Shown here in pieces: positions 16,193 through 24,322 of a DNA stretch of 37,191 bases. A model generated the notes under the pieces. That model had not been told where the DNA came from, made no database searches, and saw only the letters and a program-made list of their open reading frames with translations. Source of the DNA: a virus (lineage: Duplodnaviria > Caudoviricetes); the IMG/VR virus record IMGVR_UViG_3300017565_000015, positions 1 to 37,191 of that record; one strand, written 5' to 3'. Both the position numbers and the translations under genes were made by a program. Each line of letters starts with the position of its first letter. Position 1 is the stretch's first letter.

Positions 16193-16983
16193 CACCCCTC
16201 CTGCTGCTGAGAGGCTGCACGGATCACGGTCTGAGCGTGCTCACGCATGGTGGCTCGGCCCTGCTCGGGCATGTGCGCCCACGGGTAATCCATGCATTCG
16301 GCCATCGCTTTCGCAGCGGCCTCGATGTTGAGGGGCGGCAGCCGCGCATCGCCAGCAGCGGGAGCGGCAACCTTGGATGCGATGGCTTCTTCCAGCGATA
16401 CCAGATCGCGGCGGAAGTGGATTTCGTCGTGGCCGTAGCCGAAGCGCGCGCACAAGCTGCGGTGGAAATTCCGGTATTCGGCCCAGAGCTGCATGTGCCG
16501 GTACTTCTCGCCAGACAGGGCGGCCGCAAGAAACTTGGCGGCGTCCACCGCAGCACCCGAACCCTGGCAGTGGTCGCAGCAAACATCCACGTCGTGCGCG
16601 TCCGGGCTGTTGTCGCTCATCACGGTGATTTCGCCACTGCCGTCGCAGCGCGGGCATGCACCTGCCTGCCGCTCGTCCTTCGCATCGTCCTGTGCGCTGG
16701 CGGGAGGGGTGGGATCATCGACGCGGCCACCTGTCGGATCGTACGGGTCGACCGGGTAAACGCCTTCCTCGGGGTACTCATCCAGACGAACGGTCAGGAT
16801 GGGTTTCGCGTTCCACACGCCGTCGTCATCCTGCACGGTCCCTGCCGGAGCGACAGCCAGCACCAATTCGATATCGTGGCTTTCCTCATCGTCCCCGCCC
16901 ATGCTCTCGGCGGCGCGGATCAACTCGGCTGCCAGCAACTTCATCTGCGCGACGGTGGAAAGCCATTTGTATTGTTGTGTCAT
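16192..16983 (-). CDS. Mosaic hypothetical protein with a DnaJ-type CxxCxGxG pair
   Basis: CPRCDGSG...CDHCQGSG. Confidence 0.65.
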   Translation of the reverse strand: MTQQYKWLSTVAQMKLLAAELIRAAESMGGDDEESHDIELVLAVAPAGTVQDDDGVWNAKPILTVRLDEYPEEGVYPVDPYDPTGGRVDDPTPPASAQDDAKDERQAGACPRCDGSGEITVMSDNSPDAHDVDVCCDHCQGSGAAVDAAKFLAAALSGEKYRHMQLWAEYRNFHRSLCARFGYGHDEIHFRRDLVSLEEAIASKVAAPAAGDARLPPLNIEAAAKAMAECMDYPWAHMPEQGRATMREHAQTVIRAASQQQEG

Positions 16984-17135
16984 TTGTTCACGCTCCAGGG
17001 TAGAAAGGAAACGAGGTGGTAGGCGACGCAGAAGCAGGCCAGGGTCGCGGCGGCCATGAAGATCGCCACGCCGGTCGGGCCGAGCTCCATCATGAAGTTC
17101 GCGATCGGGTCGTCTTCGGGATCGCGGCGGGTCAT
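16980..17135 (-). CDS. 51-aa membrane protein
   Basis: Translated by hand (MTRRDPEDDPIANFMMELGPTGVAIFMAAATLACFCVAYHLVSFLPWSVNK); ATGA overlaps at both ends. Confidence 0.6.
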   Translation of the reverse strand: MTRRDPEDDPIANFMMELGPTGVAIFMAAATLACFCVAYHLVSFLPWSVNK

Positions 17136-17584
17136 GGGCGGGCCTCTATCTCAGCGAGGATCTGCGTCTGGCGCAGCAGGTCGGATGCGTCGGCCTGCGT
17201 CAGCCCGGCGCCGATGCGGCGCAGCGCGGGAATCTCGGCGTGCAGCGCGGCCATAAGCGGCCCGTCGATCGGCATGCCCAGGTCCAGACGCTTGGCGAGC
17301 TGGCGCAGCGCTGCGGCCTTGAACGGGCTGCCGTGGCGCGTCGCCCACATGTCGAAGAAGTCCGCCATGCCCGCAATCGCCGGCGCGCTGGCGTACCATT
17401 CGCCGTCCGCGACGCAGTGAAAGACCGGCACGCCGCGCGGATCGACCGTGACCGTGCCGTCTCGCTCCATCTGGTCGATGATGGCTTCCAGGGGCGCCAG
17501 GGTCTGCTGGGTCTTGATGAGCATGGGCAGGCGAGCCGGGCGCGGCCGGTACGCCTTGTTGCGGGGCTTGCGGGCGTGGGGCAT
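17132..17584 (-). CDS. Hypothetical phage protein
   Basis: 150 aa with basic N-terminus RKPRNKAYRPR; operon position. Confidence 0.65.
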   Translation of the reverse strand: MPHARKPRNKAYRPRPARLPMLIKTQQTLAPLEAIIDQMERDGTVTVDPRGVPVFHCVADGEWYASAPAIAGMADFFDMWATRHGSPFKAAALRQLAKRLDLGMPIDGPLMAALHAEIPALRRIGAGLTQADASDLLRQTQILAEIEARP

Positions 17585-17671
17585 GTCGTTCTCGGTATAG
17601 GGTGGCCGGTCACCGGCAGCGGTTTGGGGAGGTGGGGGAGGGAGTCCCGCCGCCGGGCCGGCCGAAAGGGG

Positions 17672-18196
17672 TTATTGGTCCAGGCCCAGCGAGCCCTGCT
17701 TTTCCTCGGGCGGCACGACCGTCAGCGTGGTTTCGCGGCCCAGGATCAGGGTCAGGCGGCCGTTTTCTTCGCCCGTCGGCTTGCCGCGCACGCGCCAGCC
17801 CAGGATGATCGTTCCGCCTTCCATCGGGTCAACGAAGAAGCGGTCGACGATGGCCTCGGCGATCACGATGTCCGTGGTCTTGCCGTTCGACTCGCCGACG
17901 CCGTAGTGCACGGTGACCTCGGCGCCAATGATTTCCTTCTTGATGCGCTGGCGGCCCAGCTCGGGAAAGCGCAGCACGGTCAGGCCCGGTTCCGATCCGT
18001 CCGTGGTCTGCTGGTCGCCCTTCTTGTAGAGCAGCGAGCGCATGTCGGGCGCCAGCAGCGCCAGCGAGTCGTTGCCCATGCGGGCGCTGAAGAACAGGTC
18101 GATGTCCGGCAAGGGGTTCTCGTCCTGCAATTCAGGACGGATGCGCATAGCGGTGAAGGTCACGGACTGACGGTCAAGCTGGAAGGACGTTTGCAT
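17672..18196 (-). CDS. Hypothetical protein downstream of recT
   Basis: GGAG RBS; 174 aa, beta-rich. Confidence 0.7.
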   Translation of the reverse strand: MQTSFQLDRQSVTFTAMRIRPELQDENPLPDIDLFFSARMGNDSLALLAPDMRSLLYKKGDQQTTDGSEPGLTVLRFPELGRQRIKKEIIGAEVTVHYGVGESNGKTTDIVIAEAIVDRFFVDPMEGGTIILGWRVRGKPTGEENGRLTLILGRETTLTVVPPEEKQGSLGLDQ

Positions 18197-18279
18197 GCTC
18201 TGGTTGCTCCAGGTGGGGAAATAGGGCGGGCGGCGCCGGGGATGCCTCCGTTGGTGAGGCGCCGCCCTGGGGAGAACGG

Positions 18280-19281
18280 TTACGCGGCGGGATCCAGCTC
18301 CGCGCGGCGGTTGTCGTAGGCCTTCTTGAGCGCGTCGTAATGCTCGTCGGGCGCGTCGCGGAACGCTTCGCCGGCCAGCGCCAGCGCGTCCAGGTCAGCC
18401 GCGGCGGCGATCATCTGCAGGATGGGCGCGGGGTCGAAGGTGGGCGCGGCGACGGCCGGTGCATCGTCGTCATCGTTCGGCGCGGGCGTGATGTAGTCGC
18501 CGTCCAGCACGTTGTCCAGCGCCTGCGACTCGCCGCGGGCGTTCAGCTCGTCCAGCGCTGCGGCGTTTGCCAGCTCGATGCTGACCGGCAGGTACTTGAA
18601 CAGGCGTCGCAGGACGGTCTTGCGGCCCATTTCGGCGTAGTGCGCGCCCCAGGGGCTGTTCTCGGTCTTGCCGTAGCGTTTGGCCTGCTTCCAGCCCTGC
18701 GAAGCATCGCGGATGTCCAGCACCTGCTGATTGCTCATGACTTCGAAGGCGTGGCCGCCGCCAACAAGCTTGGCGACCGCGTAGAAGGCGATGATCTCGC
18801 CACGCTCTCCCATTGCCGGCCGGTGTTCCAGGCGCTCGTCCAGGCCGTAGGCGTATTCGAAATGGTCGTTGGCGCAGACTTCATGCGCGGCGATGCTCAC
18901 GATCTGGCCAGAGCGGCGCGCAAGGTCGATCAGGCCCTTGTAGCCCAGCACGATCTGCACTTCCGTGATCTGCTTTTGGCGGTTATCGAAGGGGATCAGG
19001 TAGGCATGGCCCAGCGGCGTGTTCGGTTCCAGGCCCAGCTGCGACACCTGCACAACGGCGCCCATCAGCGATTCCACGGTGCAATTCATCAGCTTGGGCG
19101 TGGTACGCATGGCGCCCAACGCGATCTTCAGCATGCGGTCTGCGCTCACGTGGCGCGGCAGCACGGCGGCCAGGGTCGCCTTTTGCGATTCCATGAACGC
19201 CTTGACCTGGCCGATGCCGGCCTGGGACGCGACCATCTTGGAGGTCTTCTTGAGGTCCGCGAGAGAAGTGGTTTGGGACAT
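18280..19281 (-). CDS. recT: RecT single-strand annealing protein
   Basis: QLGLEP..LGHAYLIPF, GYKGLIDLARRSG, MGRKTVLRRLFKYLP. Confidence 0.93.
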   Translation of the reverse strand: MSQTTSLADLKKTSKMVASQAGIGQVKAFMESQKATLAAVLPRHVSADRMLKIALGAMRTTPKLMNCTVESLMGAVVQVSQLGLEPNTPLGHAYLIPFDNRQKQITEVQIVLGYKGLIDLARRSGQIVSIAAHEVCANDHFEYAYGLDERLEHRPAMGERGEIIAFYAVAKLVGGGHAFEVMSNQQVLDIRDASQGWKQAKRYGKTENSPWGAHYAEMGRKTVLRRLFKYLPVSIELANAAALDELNARGESQALDNVLDGDYITPAPNDDDDAPAVAAPTFDPAPILQMIAAAADLDALALAGEAFRDAPDEHYDALKKAYDNRRAELDPAA

Positions 19282-19292
19282 GATCGGTCCTG

Positions 19293-20201
19293 TTATTCGT
19301 CGGTGAGCGCCCAGGAGGGCAGGGAGACTTGATGGATGCCGGTGCCGTGTCCCGGCCATTCGTTGGAGGACAGGCAGGCGGCGTAGGTGTTGAGGTCGCG
19401 GCGGACTTGCTGCGCGCCCTGGTGCTTGCTGGCGGCGTCCAGCATCACGGCGCTCGCCGCATAGGGCCATTCCGTCTCGACCGCCACGAACACGAAGGCC
19501 AGCACGTCCAGTCCGCTGGCGCGCGCGAAGCCATCGCTGTAGAAGGCGTCCTGCACGTGGTAGCGCTTGCGGGCGATCTGGCGGGCGAACTCGGCCGGGC
19601 TGGCGTCGCTGTAGGTCTTGACGTCCAGCAGGATCACGCCGCTATCTCCGGCCGGATGCACCCAGTCAGGACGGCAGCGGCACAGCACGCCGGTATCCGG
19701 GTCGATCCAGTAGGCGGACACCTCGGGGCGCCCGGCAGCCAGCGCCTCGGCCACGTCCGGCAGGCGGCGCACGCTTTCGGCCTGGCGCAAGGCAGTCTCG
19801 CGCTGGGCGTGCGTGATGATCGTGCGGCCGGCGCTGCTCTCGTTCCAAGCGCGCCACCATTCCATCGCCTCGACACTTTCCGGGCTGGGCTTCTTGGCGT
19901 TCCACTGGGCCTCGGTGGGCCGGCGCGGCGCATCCGCAGGCAGCACGGCATAGCGCTTGTCGAACTCGGCGGGCTCCAGGATGGCGCAGTGCGCGAGCTG
20001 GCCTTCCAACTGGCCGGCTCGCTCCTTCTCAGGCGGGCGCGCCGGATCCAGATGCAGGGCGTAGAACGTGGCCGGCGAACGCGCAACGTGATCCAGGCCC
20101 GTCTTGCTGATGCCCGCGCCCCGGTGATAGGCCTCGATGTCCTGGCCGTCGATCGTGCACGGCGCGTCGATCAGGCTCACGGCTTCGGTGATGGCGTTCA
20201 T
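19293..20201 (-). CDS. recE: RecE/exonuclease VIII-like PD-(D/E)XK nuclease
   Basis: ISKTGLD, CRCRPDW, LDVKT, YHVQDAFY; paired with recT. Confidence 0.88.
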   Translation of the reverse strand: MNAITEAVSLIDAPCTIDGQDIEAYHRGAGISKTGLDHVARSPATFYALHLDPARPPEKERAGQLEGQLAHCAILEPAEFDKRYAVLPADAPRRPTEAQWNAKKPSPESVEAMEWWRAWNESSAGRTIITHAQRETALRQAESVRRLPDVAEALAAGRPEVSAYWIDPDTGVLCRCRPDWVHPAGDSGVILLDVKTYSDASPAEFARQIARKRYHVQDAFYSDGFARASGLDVLAFVFVAVETEWPYAASAVMLDAASKHQGAQQVRRDLNTYAACLSSNEWPGHGTGIHQVSLPSWALTDE

Positions 20202-20202
20202 G

Positions 20203-20391
20203 TCATTCCTTCGCGACGACCACGGTCTTGCCGCAGCCTTCGCAGGCGGTGAGGGTTTGGGCTTGCTCGTCGCGCTGCTGGCGGTCGCCGTAGGCGGCAA
20301 CGATGCCGCCCACGAAGACGACGGCGCAGACGGCACCGACCCATTCGTGACTATCAAGCTGGCGCAGGGTGCGCAGGAGGCGGCGGATCAT
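20203..20391 (-). CDS. Small membrane protein
   Basis: One TM segment; coupled in the operon. Confidence 0.55.
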   Translation of the reverse strand: MIRRLLRTLRQLDSHEWVGAVCAVVFVGGIVAAYGDRQQRDEQAQTLTACEGCGKTVVVAKE

Positions 20392-20759
20392 TGCTGCTCA
20401 CCCTTGGCCTTGGCGATGGCGGCGCGCGCGGCATCCGCAGCGGTCCCGGACGTGTACTGGTGCGTCAGCGGGTCGTCCACGAAGGCTTCCAGAATCTGTT
20501 CCAGGGCGGACAGCAGCTCCGGCGCGGCGGCCATAAGATGCGCGTTGGCCTGCTGCATCGCGTCCCACTCTTCGCGCGGGAATTGCGTCCAAAGCTCGTA
20601 GGAAATCTGAAGGCCGCAGGCGTCGTTACCGAGGTGATAGATAGGGCAGTCCTTGGAATACCGATCCCCGAGGGCCTTGCTCACGTCGGCGTGGACGCTA
20701 AGCCCAGCGCCAGACGTGTATTTGGCCGACCACGGCCCGGGCGTGTGTTTCGTCGTCAT
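20388..20759 (-). CDS. Hypothetical phage protein (HTPGPW...ANAHLMAAAPELL type)
   Basis: Characteristic terminal motifs of a common phage early-protein family. Confidence 0.75.
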   Translation of the reverse strand: MTTKHTPGPWSAKYTSGAGLSVHADVSKALGDRYSKDCPIYHLGNDACGLQISYELWTQFPREEWDAMQQANAHLMAAAPELLSALEQILEAFVDDPLTHQYTSGTAADAARAAIAKAKGEQQ

Positions 20760-21145
20760 GCCTTGCTCCAGCCCCGGCGGGCAAATGTCACGCGCTGGCC
20801 GTCGTCGCACAGGTCGACCAGATCCGAAACCAGATGGCCCTGGGCCAGCAGCGCCCACTGGCGGAAGTGCGCGCCCACGACGGCGAGATCGTCGCCGCGC
20901 ACCGACGAAGCCACCGCCATCGCGAATGCCAGCTCGGCAGCGGGGCGCGCTTCGGTCGCCGCATACAGCGCCTCGGCAGCGCGCTGGTCAGCTTCGTGCT
21001 GGCGGACCACCATCAAGTCCTGAATCAGCACGCGGTGCACGTCGGCATCCATTTCGCGCAGGGCAGCCGTGCGGCGCTGCGTCTCCGTCATCGGGGGGAT
21101 GATCGCGGCCGTGCCGCAAGGGGTGGGGTAGGCGAGGTTGACCAT
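20756..21145 (-). CDS. Hypothetical protein
   Basis: AAGGA RBS; start MVNLAYP. Confidence 0.6.
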   Translation of the reverse strand: MVNLAYPTPCGTAAIIPPMTETQRRTAALREMDADVHRVLIQDLMVVRQHEADQRAAEALYAATEARPAAELAFAMAVASSVRGDDLAVVGAHFRQWALLAQGHLVSDLVDLCDDGQRVTFARRGWSKA

Positions 21146-21146
21146 G

Positions 21147-21416
21147 TCAGTTCCTTGCCTCACCAGCCGCAACCTGCTGCGCGGCCTGCTGCGCCAGATT
21201 CTCGTAATGGGCGACCGCATCTTCCGGCGCTTTGACGGCGGCAACATCGACATGCTCGAAGTCGTTGCCCGTGGACTCCCACATATAGGAAGGCGTCTCT
21301 TCGTACTTGGCCAGGATCCGGGCGTCGGCCTCGGAATCGGCATGCACGGTCACGGTCTGCTCGCTGATGCGCGTCTCGGTCCGGCGCATCACGACCTGGA
21401 AAGCTTTGCGTTGCAT
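21147..21416 (-). CDS. Hypothetical protein, first gene of the leftward operon
   Basis: GGGAG RBS just downstream of PL. Confidence 0.65.
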   Translation of the reverse strand: MQRKAFQVVMRRTETRISEQTVTVHADSEADARILAKYEETPSYMWESTGNDFEHVDVAAVKAPEDAVAHYENLAQQAAQQVAAGEARN

Positions 21417-21460
21417 CGTCTTCTCCCTGTTGCTCGCCGGGGTGGCGAGTGCATGGAAGA

Positions 21461-21498
21461 ATTAAAGCATTCTTTCTTTTAGAAAACAAGCATGCTTT
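21461..21498 (-). promoter_or_regulatory. PL promoter with two operators
   Basis: TTGTTT-17-TTTAAT on the minus strand; AAAGCATTCTTT (21464) and CAAGCATGCTTT (21487). Confidence 0.75.
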
Positions 21499-21509
21499 AT
21501 TCGATGCGC

Positions 21510-21535
21510 AAAAAAAACCGCCCGAAGGGGCGGAT
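21510..21535 (-). terminator. Rho-independent terminator ending the cI operon
   Basis: CCGCCC stem with TTCG-type loop followed by T8 on the minus strand. Confidence 0.8.
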
Positions 21536-21554
21536 TTGACTGGGGCGCAGGCCT

Positions 21555-21836
21555 TCAGACCCGCCTGGGCACGGCAAACGCGGCGATCAATGCGACGAAG
21601 GAAACCCAGCCGAAATGGCCGCTGCTGATATCGCCATGCGTTCCGATCCAGACGAGGAACGCCGCCAGCGACACGCCGGCGAGCATAAGGAACGCCTGCG
21701 TGACTGGCGCACGCTTCCACTCGGCCAGCTGCACGGATCGTTTGCTGGCGGACAGCAGGTCGCCGAAGGCGAGCCACAGGATGAAGGCGGCAGACGGGAA
21801 CGCCACGTAGGGCGCGATGATTTCGGCGAGGCTCAT
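21555..21836 (-). CDS. Three-TM membrane protein downstream of cI
   Basis: AGGA RBS; three hydrophobic segments. Confidence 0.7.
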   Translation of the reverse strand: MSLAEIIAPYVAFPSAAFILWLAFGDLLSASKRSVQLAEWKRAPVTQAFLMLAGVSLAAFLVWIGTHGDISSGHFGWVSFVALIAAFAVPRRV

Positions 21837-21889
21837 TGGATTCCTACCTCTATCACTTCACTGACCAAACCAGTTGCAACTGAACCGGT

Positions 21890-22261
21890 TTAGGCGGCGC
21901 GCGGGGCGCCAGGACTTTTGACACCTATGGATTCTTTGAGGACTCCCTCGGCGAATCCTTCTACCCGGCCCTTCTGCGAATCGCTGAGGGCATTCCATTG
22001 TTCCACGGTGACGGCGGTAAACGGCCAATCCGCGCTGGGCGCCATGTGCGGCTGCTCTTCGCCCGTGGCGAGCCAATAGGGGTTGACCCCTAGATAACGC
22101 GCCGCGCGCTCGGAATTCTCAGCGGTCAGCGCCTTCGTTTTCCCCATGATGACCTGGCCGATTGCCTGGACGCTCACGGAAATCGCGGACGCAAGTTCCT
22201 GCCGCTCGCGCCCGGCCAGGCGCAGCGCTTCGGCCAATCTGGACCCGTACGTGCTCTTCAT
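21890..22261 (-). CDS. cI: CI-like XRE repressor (123 aa, no peptidase domain)
   Basis: HTH RQELASAISVSVQAIGQV; GVNPYWLATGE; divergent from cro. Confidence 0.85.
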   Translation of the reverse strand: MKSTYGSRLAEALRLAGRERQELASAISVSVQAIGQVIMGKTKALTAENSERAARYLGVNPYWLATGEEQPHMAPSADWPFTAVTVEQWNALSDSQKGRVEGFAEGVLKESIGVKSPGAPRAA

Positions 22262-22266
22262 GGGCG

Positions 22267-22325
22267 CAAGGGTACTTTCATCTGGACAAAGCATGGTTGC
22301 CTCAATAATTAAAGAATGCTTTAAT
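22267..22325 (+). promoter_or_regulatory. PR promoter with operators
   Basis: TTGCCT-17-TTTAAT; AAAGCATGGTTG (22288), AAAGAATGCTTT (22311) and weaker CAAGGGTACTTT (22267). Confidence 0.75.
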
Positions 22326-22331
22326 AGGCCC

Positions 22332-22538
22332 ATGAAGAAATCTGACGCTACCCGACTGCTTGGCGGCACTACCGCGGCCGCCGCCCAAGCAATGGGCATT
22401 ACGCCGCAGGCCTATTACCAGTGGCCGGACGAGCTTCCGCCGCGCTTGCAGGACCGTGTTGTCGCTGCGATTGCGCGAAAGCTGCTGCCCGGCGCGCTGC
22501 TGGGCGACCCGCTGCCGACCAGCAAGGAAGCCGCATGA
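22332..22538 (+). CDS. cro: Cro-like protein
   Basis: MKKSDA..LGG..AAAQAMGITPQAYYQWP.ELP (P22/N15 Cro-like). Confidence 0.85.
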   Translation: MKKSDATRLLGGTTAAAAQAMGITPQAYYQWPDELPPRLQDRVVAAIARKLLPGALLGDPLPTSKEAA

Positions 22539-22786
22539 ACCCATCAATGCACCGTGGCGCCTTCGCGCCCGTCGCTGGCCCAGGCCATCCGGTCGCGCTC
22601 CGCAAGAAGCGCATCGAAGACGGCCATCACGGCCTGCTCGCTCGGTTCCGTGAAGGTCCGGCGGGCGATCTGCTCGGCGTGCCGCAGCAGCTTTTCGGTT
22701 TCGGTCAGTTTTTCCATGCCGCCATGTTGCCGAGGCTCGGCTTCAGCGGCATTCCCTTTCACTTGAGCCGCGTTGAAGCGACATGA
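22535..22786 (+). CDS. Possible 83-aa ORF linking cro to the next gene
   Basis: ATGA overlaps at both ends and an AAGGA RBS, but the sequence is not very protein-like. Confidence 0.35.
   Translation: MNPSMHRGAFAPVAGPGHPVALRKKRIEDGHHGLLARFREGPAGDLLGVPQQLFGFGQFFHAAMLPRLGFSGIPFHLSRVEAT
22544..22717 (-). CDS. 57-aa helical hypothetical protein, antisense to the PR transcript
   Basis: MEKLTETEKLLRHAEQIARRTF..., amphipathic and protein-like. Confidence 0.55.
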   Translation of the reverse strand: MEKLTETEKLLRHAEQIARRTFTEPSEQAVMAVFDALLAERDRMAWASDGREGATVH

Positions 22787-23100
22787 GCGCCCCTGAATTA
22801 GCGATCCTTCCCCCCTCCCAGCCCGAAGGCGAAACCCTCCTGCGCAACATGCTGCGCAGCATGGACAAGGCCAAGCGGATGGAGGTCATGCAGGCAGCTG
22901 GCTGGAAGGACGAATCGTCCATCAGCCAGATCCTGAACGGCGGTTCCGGCATCAAGCTGGAACACCTGGACGCGGTGCTGAAGGTGTTTGGGCTGTCCAT
23001 CGTTGAGCAGTGGTACATGGACTACCTTGCCCGCGGCAACGCCATCGGCGCCAATTGCTGTCGTGCCCGGCTGAGCCAAGGCACTTGCGGGCGGCCCTGA
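22783..23100 (+). CDS. CII-like HTH regulator
   Basis: GWKDESSISQILNG...LDAVLKVFGL; position after cro. Confidence 0.6.
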   Translation: MSAPELAILPPSQPEGETLLRNMLRSMDKAKRMEVMQAAGWKDESSISQILNGGSGIKLEHLDAVLKVFGLSIVEQWYMDYLARGNAIGANCCRARLSQGTCGRP

Positions 23101-23102
23101 AG

Positions 23103-23339
23103 ATGGGCGCCGCCAATCCGCAAGCGAAGGGCGGCCGCATTGCCCGCCTGGCCGGGAGCCTGTGCCGCAATCCTGAGTTCCTGGCCTTCTGCAGCGCCCG
23201 CAACCCGGACGAGGCTGCCGAATACATCCGGCGCGTGTGCCATGTTGAATCGCGCGCCGAGCTGGACCACGACCCGCAGGCGTGCCACCTCTTTCATGAG
23301 CTGGTGCGCAAGCCGTTTGCCTATAGGACGGCCGCATGA
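23103..23339 (+). CDS. Hypothetical phage protein
   Basis: LCRNPEF...CHVESRAELD; coupled to rep. Confidence 0.6.
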   Translation: MGAANPQAKGGRIARLAGSLCRNPEFLAFCSARNPDEAAEYIRRVCHVESRAELDHDPQACHLFHELVRKPFAYRTAA

Positions 23340-24322
23340 ATTACTACCCGCACCACATCGGGGATTACCTGAAAGACACGGCGCACCTCACGATGATCGA
23401 GGACGGCGCCTATCGTCGGCTGATCGACCTGTACTACCTGCACGAGCAGCCTTTGCCCGTTGAAAAGCGCCAGGTCTATCGCCTTGCCCGAGCTTCGACG
23501 CCTGCCGAGCGCAAGGCGATCGACACGATCCTGGACGAATACTTCAGCCCCGGCGAAGAAGGCTGGATGCATCGCCGCTGCGAAGAAGAACTGAGCCGCA
23601 GCCGTGGCAAGACCGAGGGCGGAGACACCAAGCGGGAGAACGAGAAAGAGCGCCAGCGCCGTCATCGGCAACGCCGGTCTGACCTGTTCGAAGCTCTGCG
23701 CGGTCACGGTGTCACGCCCGCCTGGGACACGCCGACAGCAGAGTTACAGGACGAACTGTCACGCGTAGAAAGTAACGCCCGTCACGCACCTGTCACGCCA
23801 CCTGTCACGCGTGACGCAACGGCTATCCATAAGCCAATAACCAATAACCAAGAACCAATAGGGGGGGAGCCCCCATCATCTCCACCAGAATCGCGTGACA
23901 GGTCCGGGGCCGAAACCGGGACAGGAACGGGCGAATACCTGCCCAACCCCACGCCCTACGGCGCCATGGCCAAGCTGCTGCGCGCCCAAGGCCTCACCGA
24001 TGCCAACCCCGGCAACCCGGTGCTGCGCACCTGGGTCGACAAGGGGCTGACCGCCGACGAAGCACTGGCCGGCCTGGAAGTCGCCCGCGCATCGAAGACC
24101 GCGCCCAGCCCGATGACCTGGCCGTACCTGGCCCGCGTCCTGGAGACGCAACGCGAACGCGCCGCGCAAGGCGTGCCGCAGAAATCCGAACGCCCGGCCA
24201 CCGCCACCGAACGCCGCGCCGCATGGAACGCCGAGCTGCAAGCCGTGATCGGCCAGGCCGACAACCGCCAACCCCGAGAAATCGACATGGGAGTCATCGA
24301 TGCAACTGGCACACACGACTGA
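23336..24322 (+). CDS. Replication initiator, YdaU/DUF1376 family
   Basis: MNYYPHHIGDY..DTAHLT..EDGAYRRLIDLYY; internal iterons. Confidence 0.85.
   Translation: MNYYPHHIGDYLKDTAHLTMIEDGAYRRLIDLYYLHEQPLPVEKRQVYRLARASTPAERKAIDTILDEYFSPGEEGWMHRRCEEELSRSRGKTEGGDTKRENEKERQRRHRQRRSDLFEALRGHGVTPAWDTPTAELQDELSRVESNARHAPVTPPVTRDATAIHKPITNNQEPIGGEPPSSPPESRDRSGAETGTGTGEYLPNPTPYGAMAKLLRAQGLTDANPGNPVLRTWVDKGLTADEALAGLEVARASKTAPSPMTWPYLARVLETQRERAAQGVPQKSERPATATERRAAWNAELQAVIGQADNRQPREIDMGVIDATGTHD
23703..23899. repeat. ori: Putative replication origin: GTCACG iterons and CCAA(T/G)AA tandem repeat
   Basis: GTCACG at 23703, 23711, 23758, 23781, 23792 and 23804; inverted copies at 23810 and 23894; 7-mer x4 at 23834-23861. 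Confidence 0.7.
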
